A stretch of 64,000 bases of DNA from Centroscyllium fabricii (taxonomy: Eukaryota), in contig JBNRSN020000014.1 of the NCBI GenBank assembly GCA_051313645.2, positions 32,426,001 through 32,490,000 of the forward strand, read 5' to 3'. Below, one piece after another: positions 36,318-46,189 of the stretch. The notes beneath the pieces are model-generated. The model was not told the origin of the DNA, searched no databases, and was given only the letters and a program-made list of their open reading frames with translations. Numbering within the stretch: position 1 is the first letter of the stretch; the number at the start of each line of letters is the position of its first letter. Both the position numbers and the translations under genes were made by a program.

Positions 36318-36565
36318 GTGGACGACACGGTGGTGCAGTGGTTAGCACTGCTGCCTCGCAATAAGGAGCTCCTGGGTTTGAATCGTGCTTGGCCCGGGAC
36401 CTCTCTGCATTGAGTTTGCATGTTCTCCCCGTGTTCGTGTGGGTTTCCTCCGGGTACTCCGGTTTCCTCCCACCACCCAAAGACATGCAGGTTAGGTGAA
36501 TTGGAGATACTAAAAATTGCCCATGATTATGTGTGAGATATAGTTCTTAGAGCTGGGGGTGTCGG
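36318..36565 (+). mobile_element. Divergent V-SINE
   Basis: GTGGTGCAGTGGTTAGCACTG head plus V-domain. Confidence 0.75.
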
Positions 36566-36567
36566 GG

Positions 36568-37290
36568 AACATAAGAACATAAGAAATAGGAGCAGGAGTA
36601 GGCCAATCGGCCCTTCAAGCCCGCCCCGCCATTCAATAAGATCATGGCTGATCTGATCCTAACAACCAACCTACTATCACAGAAGCATCTCCTGCATCTA
36701 ACAGAATTAGACACATGAAATAGGAGTAGGATCAGGCTACACGGTCCCTGGGCCCGCTCCACTACCCACAGGGCCATGACCGATCTGAACCTAGACTCAT
36801 GTCCAAATTCCTGCCCGCTCCCCGTAACCTTTAATCCCTTTTACTACTATGAAACTGTCTATTTCTGTTTTAAATTTATGCAATGATGTAGCTTCTACAG
36901 CTTTTTGGGGCAGCATGTTCCATGGACCTACCACCCTCTGAGTGAAGTAGTTTCTCCTCATCTCAGTTTTGAAAGAGCAGCCCCTTATTCTAAGTTTATG
37001 CCCCCTAGTTCTAGTTTCACCCATCATTGGGAACATCTTCCCTGCATCCACCCGATCCAACCCCTTCATAATCTTATATGTTTCAATAAGATCTCCCCTC
37101 ATTCTTGTGAACTCCAATGAGTAGAGTCCCAATCTACTCAACCTCTCCTCATATGTCCAACCCCTCATCCCTGGGATTAACCGAGTGAACCTTCTTTGTA
37201 CCGACTTGAGAGCGAGTATGTCCTTTCTTAAGTATGGACACCAAAACTGTACGCAGTATTCCAGGTGCGGTCTCACCAATACCTTGTACA
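36568..37290 (-). mobile_element. CR1 3' fragment with a long 3' UTR
   Basis: ORF 36797-37291 YKVLVRPHLEYCVQFW; tail (TTCTTATG)n. Confidence 0.88.
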
Positions 37291-38299
37291 AATATGGGGA
37301 GAGGGTAGGAGGGGGGGTGCTGGGTTTGGATGATCAGCCATGATCTCGTCAAAATGGCAGAGCAGGCTCGAAGGGCTGAATGGCCGACTCCTGCTCCTAT
37401 CTTCTGTGTTTCTGTATAGCTGTATTCTGTCCCCAGCCCCATCACCATCTCGTCTCATTTTGAAAACCTCTTAATGGCTTTTCTCTCTTGTTTTCTCCTC
37501 CCTTTTGTTCTCTCCCAGCTTCCCCCGGCCTTCTCACCTGTTTCATTTCCTGGCTTCAGTCTTGACAAAGGGTCCTAACCTGAAACGTCGACTCTATATT
37601 TCTCTTCACCGATGCTGCCTGGCCTGCTGAGTTTTTCCAGCATTTTCTGTTGTTATTTTGGATTCAGAGACTGTTGGTTTTTTGTGACTCACCACCTTTC
37701 GCCTGCAAAACCTGGATGAGTGCAGCTCCTCAACATAGGGTAAAACTCATCTCCCGATGTGTCCCATCTTTCAATGCAAGCCTCTATGTGGAGCCCTGCT
37801 CCTTTTTCTGGGGCAATGTACGTTTCAGACTGTCTATTGTTGCAACGGTTTTAGCAAAGCATAAGGATTTAATTGAACCAGTTTAATTAGCAGTTGCACA
37901 TACCAACTGCACAGGAACCCAATCACAAAGGAATATCTTGTGCCACTTAGCCCACTTTTTTACTTAATTATCTGCAGACTAATTAATTATGGTATAAACA
38001 GACTATGGTATGAAGGCCGATGGGATCTGGCTTGTGCCTGATTGGTTACAGGATTAGGCCAATCTGCCTGTATGGTATACATCCCTTGCATTTCTCTCGA
38101 GGCATTACATGCAAGCATGCTTATTAGCTAGCCACCAGAATGTGCTATGTTGTACTGGAATGTATTAAGAATAATTTAGTTTTTTGTTTTCTGCAAGATT
38201 CAATTTTGGCATCTTCAAATTCTTGGAAATCCTTAACCAATACACCATCTAGGGAAAAATACTAGTAACATAGTGGGGGGGAAATATTGTACTAATTTT

Positions 38300-39375
38300 A
38301 TGTTTATGGATGGGGGCGTTGCTTGCAAGGCCAGCATTTATTGCCCAGCCCTAATTTCCCTTGGGAAGGTGGCAATGAGCCGCCTTCTTGAACAGCTGCA
38401 GTCTGTATGCTGAAGGCACTCCCACAGTGCTGTTAGGTAGGGAGTTCCAGGATTTTGACTCAGCGACTATGAAGGATCGGCGATCTTCTGAGGTGGTGGT
38501 CCCAAGTGCCTGCTGCCCTCTTCCTTCTAGTTGGAAGAGGTTATGGGTTTGGGAGGTGCTGCCAAAGAAGCCTTGGCGAGTTGCTGCAGTGCATTTTGTA
38601 GATGGTGCACACTGCAGCCATGGTACGCCGGTGGTGGAGGGAGTGAATGATTAAGGTGGTGGATGGGGAGCCAATCAAGCAGACTGCTTTGTCCTGGATG
38701 GTGTCGAGCTTCTTGTGGTGGTGGGACTGCACTCATCCAGGCAAATGGAGAGTATTCCATCACACTTCTTACTTGTGCCTGGTAGATGGTGGAAAGGCTT
38801 TGGGGAGTTAGGAGGTGAGACACTTGCTGCAGAATTCACAGCCTTTAACCCGCTCTTGTTGCCTCAGTATTTAGGGCTGATGCAGTTAAGTTTCTGGTCA
38901 ATGGTGACCCCCAGGATATTGATGGTGGGGGATTTGGCGATGGTGTTGCTGTTGAATGTCAAGGTGCGGTTAGACTCTCGCTTGTGGAAGATAGTCATTG
39001 CCTGGCACTTCTGTGGCACAAATGTTGCCTGCCACTTGTCAGCCCAAGCCTGAATGTCATCCAGGTCTTGTTGCATACGGGCATGGACTGCTTCATTCCG
39101 GGAGTTGCGAATGGCACTGAACACTGTGCAGTCATCAACTAACATTGCCATTTCTGACCTTGTGTTGGAGGGAAGGCCATTCATGAAGCAGCTGAAGATG
39201 GTTGGGCCTAGGACACTGCCCTGAGGAACTCCTGCAGTGATGTCCTGGGGCTGTGATGATTGACCTTCAACCATCTTCCTTTGTGCGAGGTATGACTCCA
39301 GCCAGTGGAGAGTTTCCCCCCCCCGATTCCCATTGACTTTAGTTTTGCTAGGGCTTCTTGATGCCGCACTCGGTA
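38300..39375 (-). mobile_element. 3' part of the second LINE family
   Basis: [16 protein letters not shown]; homologous to 62990-64000. Confidence 0.85.
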
Positions 39376-41214
39376 TTTCCTGGAAATGAGACCCATTGTT
39401 TTAAGGACCCCCCCCCCCCCAATAAAGTGAGTGAACTCTGGGTTGAGTGATTTTTAAACTGACTGTCGAGGTTTATCATGTCATTAGAACTACCTGACTG
39501 AACTTGCTTCTAGGTGGAGCATTAACTTGCAGAGAAGGTTTGAGCAAATGCATTAGAAAAGGTGGGGGAGGGAGTTGAGGGAAGAATTGAGATCATTCAT
39601 CCATTTACTGCTTTGAATCCCCAAATGTAGTTAACTCCATTACATTACCTGTTGGATTATTAGAAATATTTTTCACCCTTTTGAAAATATTTTTTGCTAG
39701 GATCTATTTAGAATTTGTATCCACTGCCTAACCTTGAAGTAATATTCTCTGTTCCCCCTTAATCTTTCTAGACAGTTATGCTCGAGCTGTCTTGTTTCCC
39801 CCCCCCCCCCCCCATAACTTTACACTTAGGACCATTCCTGTTCTGCTCTCCTCTGTCCAATGCACACACATCTTTGGAAGTCTGGTGACCAACACTGGTG
39901 TAGTCTAGAGTTTAGACAGATATTAACCCTCTTGCTCCTGCCAGGTTTCTTTCAAATGTCCTTGTGCTAACTCTGTTCCCCTCCATTGTATATCTGTGTT
40001 GCTAATTTTGTCACCCAATATATTGTACTTTGCATTTTGTCAGTATTAAATTAAACTTCTCCATTTGCCCAGTTGCATACCCAATCCATATCCTGCAAAA
40101 TGTTAACATGATCCCCCCCCCCCCCACCCATCTCTGCTACACCCCAAGGGGTATCGAAAGTTTAAAAAGCATAATGGTCTGTGTTCTTTGGGTCAAGGTT
40201 GAAAGGTATTTATGTGAGTAAAGCATTCAGAACAAAATTGGAGAGTTCAAAGCATCAATAAGTGCAGGAATGCGATCAATAGCTGTAACGGAGACCTGGC
40301 TAATGTTTGGACAGACTGGGAAATTAATGTTGCTCTGAGGGTGATGGGCCCAGGAGGTCAACAAGTGCCTGTCATGCCAACATTGATTTTATTAACTGAC
40401 ATTCCTATTGCATACTCAAATTAATCTTGAACAACAAGGTTGGTAATCACAGAAGTTAACTGATTGATTGGCAGCCTTAGTGAAAACACCAGGTCTAGCT
40501 GTGCTCTCTCCCAGTCACCGGCCCTGTTGACCTAGGCTCAAACAGGAAGAATAGCCACTTGGGAAGAGTACCAGAGAGTTACTGCAGTTTGAAGAACTGG
40601 ACACCAGTGAGAGTCAGCACCTCCGGGGAGAAAGTGACAAAAAGGCCCCCCCTCAATTGTGCATGTGTGCTGACTGTCAGACCAGGCCTGGGAACTTGTA
40701 TGTCCCCCACTCGCTGGTGTTTTGGAACATTAACTTGTACATGCATTAATGTTCCTTTTGTATGCACCAAGCAAGTAGTGCTGATTGCAGGAAGACAAAG
40801 GGTTATTTGCAATGCAACCAGGCATAAACTTGATAAGCCCCATGTGACTCAGTAAATATCTTCTGCAGTAGGGTACTCAGCCACACAAACCCAGGTTTGA
40901 TCCTGTCTTCTGATCACAGCCAGCGTGGAGATAGGGCTGCATAAAAGTGACCTCGCTATCCCTGGCACAGGGAAGGCACAAACTCGAGTCAGGATTCCCA
41001 GTCATGGTTGCTGGCCCATTGCTGCTGCGAAATGTCATTCCAAAATACCCATTGAATTAGATCACTTTCTGTAATTCAGTCTCTGGCGTGCCTTATAACC
41101 ATCCCATCCCCCCAGATTAGATTCCAGCCTGTAACTCACTCTCTGGTATCCATTATTTTATATATAAACCACCTCAACACTGCCATTAGATTCCAGCCAG
41201 TAACTCACTCCCAT

Positions 41215-42230
41215 TTAGCGTGCAGGTGCAGCAGGTGGTGAAGAAGGCAAATGGTATGTTGGCCTTCATAGCAAAAGGGTTTGAGTACAGGAACAAGGAT
41301 GTCTTTCTGCAGTTGTACAGGGCCTTGGTGAAACCACACCTTGAGTACTGTGTGCAGTTTTGGTCGCCTTATCTGAGGAAACATAAACATAGAAACATAG
41401 AAACTAGGAGCAGGAGGAGGCCATTCGGCCCTTAGAGCCTGCTCCGCCATTCAATGAGATCATGGCTGATCATCCAAACCCAGCACCCCGCCCCTGCCCT
41501 CCGCCCATATCCCTCGATCCCTATCGAGCCTCCATCGACACATATCCCATCCTATCCCCGTAACCCCACATATTCAAACCCCCTAACACTAAGGGTCAAT
41601 TTATCATGGCCAATCAACCTAACCCACACATCTTTAGTTCTTGTCATGGAAGGAGTTCAGCGAAGGTTCACAAGGTTAATAGCTGGGATGGCAGGAATAA
41701 CGTATGAGAAGGGATTGGGTCGATTAGGCTTATACCCGCTGGAGTTTAGAAGAATGAGAGGGGATCTCATCAAAACTTATAAAATTCTGACAGGTCTGGA
41801 CAAACTGGACGCAGGAAGAATGTTCCCGATGGTCGGAGAGTCCAGAACCAGGGGGCACAGTCTAAGGATAAGGGGTAAGCCATTCAGGGCAGATGTGGAA
41901 GAATGTCTTCACCCAGAGAAACATAGAAGATAGGAGCAGGAGTAGTCCATTTGGCCCTTCCAGCCTGCTCCGCCATTCGATGAGATCATGGCTGATCAGA
42001 GAGTTGTGAACCTGTGGAATTCTCTACCACAGAATGTAGTTGAGGCCAATTCATTAAATATATTCAAGAAGGAGTTAGATATTGTTCTAAGAGCTAAAGG
42101 GATCAAGGGATATGGGGAGAAAGCAGGTACAGGGTACTGAGTTTGGATGATCAGCGATGATCGCATCGAATGGCGGAGCAGGCTCGAGGGGCCGAATGGC
42201 CGACTCCTGCTCCTATCTTCTATGTTTCTT
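41215..42230 (+). mobile_element. CR1 3' fragment interrupted by an antisense V-SINE (about 41380-41635) and a tail fragment (about 41920-41996)
   Basis: KANGMLAFIAKGFEY...; the reading resumes at VMEGVQRRF after the SINE. Confidence 0.88.
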
Positions 42231-42589
42231 ATCCGTTACTCTATATGTAAACTGCCTCAGCCACACCATTAGATTCCAAATTATCTGTTTAATGCCTCCA
42301 ATTCACATTTGTGTTTAAATCCCTCCGCTGAATTCTCCATTCCTCTGACTCTGGCCTTTTGTGGATCACCCCCTCCCTTCACTCTGGCTGTGCCTTCAGC
42401 TGTCTAGACCCCCTCCGCCTCTCTCTCACTCTCCTCCTTTAGAAGCTGCCTGTTTGATCAAGCTCGTCCAGCCTGTGATCCATTTTATTCTTAATCCTCT
42501 GAAGTGCCTCGGGACATTTCTCTACGTTAAAGGTGCTATATAAACTCAAACTGTTGTCTTAACACAACCCCCAGAGCATGCTTACAGTC

Positions 42590-43480
42590 CAGTGTTGTGA
42601 TAGAATCCTTCATTAACACTGACACCCACCCTCTTTATCCTTCCTTATCATCCTGGAAAATGTGATACCCCTGTAATCAGTTCCCAGCCCTGTCCAAATC
42701 TAAGTCAGGTCTACAGTGTGTTTATCTCTACCTCAAATCGCATTTAATTGTAATTGAATATGTGATTAAAGCTAAGATTAACATTTTTAATCGCAAGATT
42801 AATCGCGATTAACATCAAAGCCTTTCTCCTCTGATAAGTATTCACTATTAAAATCAGATAAGCCTTTTGTTTCTATTGCAACAGCTTTATCAATTCTGCT
42901 GTTCCTCTCTAACCTCAAGCCTGCTGCCCCTGCCGCATTAGTTTAAGTCCTCCCCCATAACTCTCGGTAAGCAGTGCTGCAGTTTTGGTTCCGGTGAAGA
43001 CCATTCCCTGGGTAGTGCCTTCCCTTGTTCCAGAAATAACTCTGATGCGCAAAGAATGTGAACCGTTCCCTCTTGCACACGCCCCTTCCTGATCTTCCTC
43101 TCCTTAACCTGCCCAGCCATGGCACAGGCAGCAATCTGCAGGTTACCTCCCTGGAGATCTTGTTTTCCAATCTGGTGTCTAACTCCTTAAACTCTCTCTA
43201 TAAGCACTCGAACCTACTTCTCTCTGTGTCATTGCTTCCAACATGGACCGTGACTTGTACCAGCTTTTCCCCACTCCTTTTCCAGAAGTTTTTTGCCCAC
43301 CCTTTCCATGATGTCCTTCACCCGGCTCCAGGGGCAACGTACCATTAGGCCCCACCCACCCCTCCGGTCACAGCTGCAACCAAAAGACTGTCTATACCGA
43401 CTAGAATCGCTCCCTACTCCCACTCTCCTATTCTTGCAGTCTACCCGTCTCTGTCCACCCTGGCTCCAGACTGCTGAAAT
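42590..43480 (-). mobile_element. Degenerate CR1 5' region (ORF1 esterase-like and start of endonuclease)
   Basis: VGSDS...MVRCP.SRVKDI.ERV resembles the CR1 ORF1 SGNH esterase blocks. Confidence 0.55.
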
Positions 43481-43869
43481 GTTGCTAAGGACCACCATCT
43501 GAGTCACTCGCTGTCCACTTCATTCACCTGGGCCCTGAAGCAGCGATTTCCCCAGATGCATGGGATTCCACGCCTCTCGCAGAAGCCCTCCTCTCCCGCT
43601 GACCTTGATTCTAATGTATTCACCAGCAGGGCCAAACAGACCAACTGCGACACCAGCAAAGCAGACCGAGTGATCCGTGACTAGTCTCCTTCTGCTGTTG
43701 CCTGGAAGCAGCCTGACAAAGGGTTCGAGTAGTGTCATGTTTTCCACACTGCTGATCTGCTGTTTGGTGTCAGATCGAGTTACTTGAGATGTCACCATTC
43801 ATCTGCCTTCCTCAATGAGGCAAGATACTGTACACTGGGTACCGTAGTGTCGTGGTTCTGTTACTGGAC

Positions 43870-44289
43870 TAATCAATCAATTCAAGTTTTATTGTCATTG
43901 CAGAGTACTAGTACAATACAACGCGAAGACTCGACGCTCCCAAGAGTAGTGCAAATAAATTACATGCAAATTGCATACAGTAAAGTACATTATCAGGCGT
44001 GCAGGTACCGGAGTTTATTTTTAGAGTTCAGGAGGCTGACAGCCCTGGGGAAGAAGCTGTTCTGAAATCTAGTCGTGCGGGTGCAAATTGCTCTGTAGCG
44101 TCTCCCGGAGGGCAGGGGGGCAAACAGACTGTGGCTGGGGTGTGTGGGGTCTTTAATAATGTTCAGAGACCTCCGTAAGCAGCGTTTGAGGTAGATGCTT
44201 TCCATTGACGGTAGCTGTGTACCGGTAATTCGTTGGGCAGTTTTGACTACCCGCTGCAGGGTTTTCCGGTCCGAGATAGTGCAATTTCC
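43870..44289 (-). mobile_element. Rex1/Babar-type LINE 3' end, cut by the gap
   Basis: IIKDPTHPSHSLFAPLPSGRRYRAICTRTTRFQNSFFPRAV; AATAAA plus (TTGA)n tail on minus. Confidence 0.8.
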
Positions 44290-44489
44290 NNNNNNNNNNN
44301 NNNNNNNNNNNNNNNNNNNNNNNNNNNNNNNNNNNNNNNNNNNNNNNNNNNNNNNNNNNNNNNNNNNNNNNNNNNNNNNNNNNNNNNNNNNNNNNNNNNN
44401 NNNNNNNNNNNNNNNNNNNNNNNNNNNNNNNNNNNNNNNNNNNNNNNNNNNNNNNNNNNNNNNNNNNNNNNNNNNNNNNNNNNNNNNNN
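44290..44489. other. 200-N assembly gap
   Basis: Exactly 200 N, a round spacer length, so the true size is probably unknown. Confidence 0.9.
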
Positions 44490-44972
44490 ACTGTCGGAGG
44501 GGTAGTACTGAGGGAGTGCTGCACTGTCGGAGGGGCAGTACTGAGGGAGCGCTGCACTGTCGGAGGGGCAGTACTGAGGGAGCGCTGCACTGTCGGAGGG
44601 GCAGTACTGAGGGAGCGCTGCACTGTCGGAGGGGCAGTACTGAGGGAGCGCTGCACTGTCGGAGGGGCAGTACTGAGGGAGCGCTGCACTGTCGGAGGGG
44701 CAGTACTGAGGGAGCGCTGCAATGTCGGAGGGGCAGTACTGAGGGAGCGCTGCAATGTCGGAGGGGCAGGACTGAGGGAGCGCTGCACTGTCGGAGGGGC
44801 AGTACTGAGGGAGCGCTGCACTGTCGGAGGGGCAGTACTGAGGGAGCGCTGCACTGTCGGAGGGGCAGTACTGAGGGAGCGCTGCACTGTCGGAGGGGCA
44901 GTACTGAGGGAGCGCTGCAATGTCGGAGGGGCAGTACTGAGGGAGCGCTGCAATGTCAGAGGGGCAGGACTG
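44490..44972 (+). repeat. 33-bp minisatellite derived from a DeuSINE segment
   Basis: Unit CACTGTCGGAGGGGCAGTACTGAGGGAGCGCTG, about 14.5 visible copies, running into the DeuSINE body. Confidence 0.92.
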
Positions 44973-45700
44973 TTGGAGATGCCGTTTTTCAGATGAGGTG
45001 TCCCATCAGCCCTCTTAGGTGGACGTAAATGATCCCATGGCACTACTTCGAAGTAGAGCAGGAGAGCTCTCCCCGGTGTCCTGGATAATATTTATCCCTC
45101 AACCAACACCTAATACATACAGATGATCTGGTCATTATCACATTGCAGTGTGCGCAAATTGGCTGTCGCTTGTCCTACATTACAGCATTGATTATGGGCG
45201 GCACGGAGGCACAGTGGTTAGCACTGTTGCCTCACAGCACTGGAGACCCGGGTTCAAATCCAGCCTCGGGTACTATCTGTGTGGAGTTTGCACATTCTCC
45301 CCGTGTCTGCGTGGGTTTCCTCCGGGTGCTCCAGTTTCCTCCCACAATCCAAAGATGTGCGGGTTAGGTTGATTGGCCATGATAAATTGACCCTTAGTGT
45401 TAGAGGGATTAAATTGACCCTTAGTGTTAGGGGGATTGAATATGTGGGGTTACGGGGATAGGGTGGGATATGTGTCGGTGCAGGCTCGATAGGGATCGAG
45501 GGATATGGGGAGAGGGCAGGGACAGGATGCTGGGTTTGGATGATCAGCCATGATCTCATTGAATGGCGGAGCAGGCTCCAAGGGCCGAATGGCCTGCTCC
45601 TGCTCCTAGTTTCTATGTCTATGTCTATAAAAGTACTTCATTGGCTGTGAAGTGCTTTGGGACATCAAGAAGTTGTGAAAGGTGCTATATAAATGCAAAT
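44973..45700 (+). mobile_element. Deu-domain SINE (SacSINE1/AmnSINE1-like), split by a V-SINE
   Basis: GGTGGACGTAAA.GATCCCATGGCACTA...AATATTTATCCCTCAACC...; L2-like tail at 45630-45700. Confidence 0.8.
45196..45627 (+). mobile_element. Full-length V-SINE (HE1-like) with a 27-bp internal duplication
   Basis: A box GGCACAGTGG, B box GGTTCAAATCC, V-domain, CR1 tail; duplication at 45384-45437. Confidence 0.9.
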
Positions 45701-45836
45701 GCAAGAAGTCACACAACACCAGGTTATAGTCTAACAGTTTTATTTGAAATCACTTGCTTGTTTGTTGGACTATAACCTGGTGTTGTGTGACTTCTCGCAT
45801 TTGTCCACCCCAGTCCAACACCGGCACCTCCACATC
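45701..45836. mobile_element. Palindromic Penelope-type small element with 14-bp TSD
   Basis: ATATAAATGCAAAT at 45687-45700 and 45837-45850; inverted arms ACACAACACCAGGTTATAGTC / GACTATAACCTGGTGTTGTGT. Confidence 0.78.
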
Positions 45837-45996
45837 ATATAAATGCAAATCTGTCTTTCTTTCACAAAACCCCCAAACCCAGTCATCAGGATGTGCAGCT
45901 CTGGAATCTGATGCCCTTCAGTACAGCCTGCTGACTATCAGTAGCACCATTACTGACACCGGGGGTCTGGGTAATTGTACTTGGACACTCACTCAC

Positions 45997-46069
45997 CTGG
46001 TCGAGCAACAGTTGAGCCAGCTCCGGATTCCTGTCTCGTAATTCATTCAGCTTCTTAATCAGGGTGTGA
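45997..46069 (-). CDS. TRAP1: TRAP1 penultimate coding exon (73 nt)
   Basis: HTLIKKLNELRDRNPELAQLLLDQ; AG/GT borders; phase matches the previous exon. Confidence 0.93.
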
Positions 46070-46189
46070 CTGAAACAGTACAAGATACAGGTAAATAAAG
46101 GAATGAGGTCTCGACAATTCCTAAATGACCATGATCTGTAATTTATGCAATTTGGTGCTTTCTTCACTGTGCTAGAGATACAGAGAGCG

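Larger units (their letters stand above)
33981..37670 (+). mobile_element. Penelope-like element; right arm of the inverted pair, with nested insertions
   Basis: IGAVSCSCPELENFIHFASNFHP, FTCTS.., YIGETKR, FRLGTLQPSGL; terminal repeat 37420-37670 is the reverse complement of 31045-31250 plus 32132-32185. Confidence 0.85.

Noticed and set aside
42760-42815. TTAATCGCGATTAA palindrome resembling hAT subterminal repeats
   Set aside because: Too short; no TIR or TSD.
44153-45043. ORFs with 11-aa repeats (CRRGSTEGALH / STAPPTVQRSL)
   Set aside because: Translations of the 33-bp minisatellite plus the gap; no gene structure.
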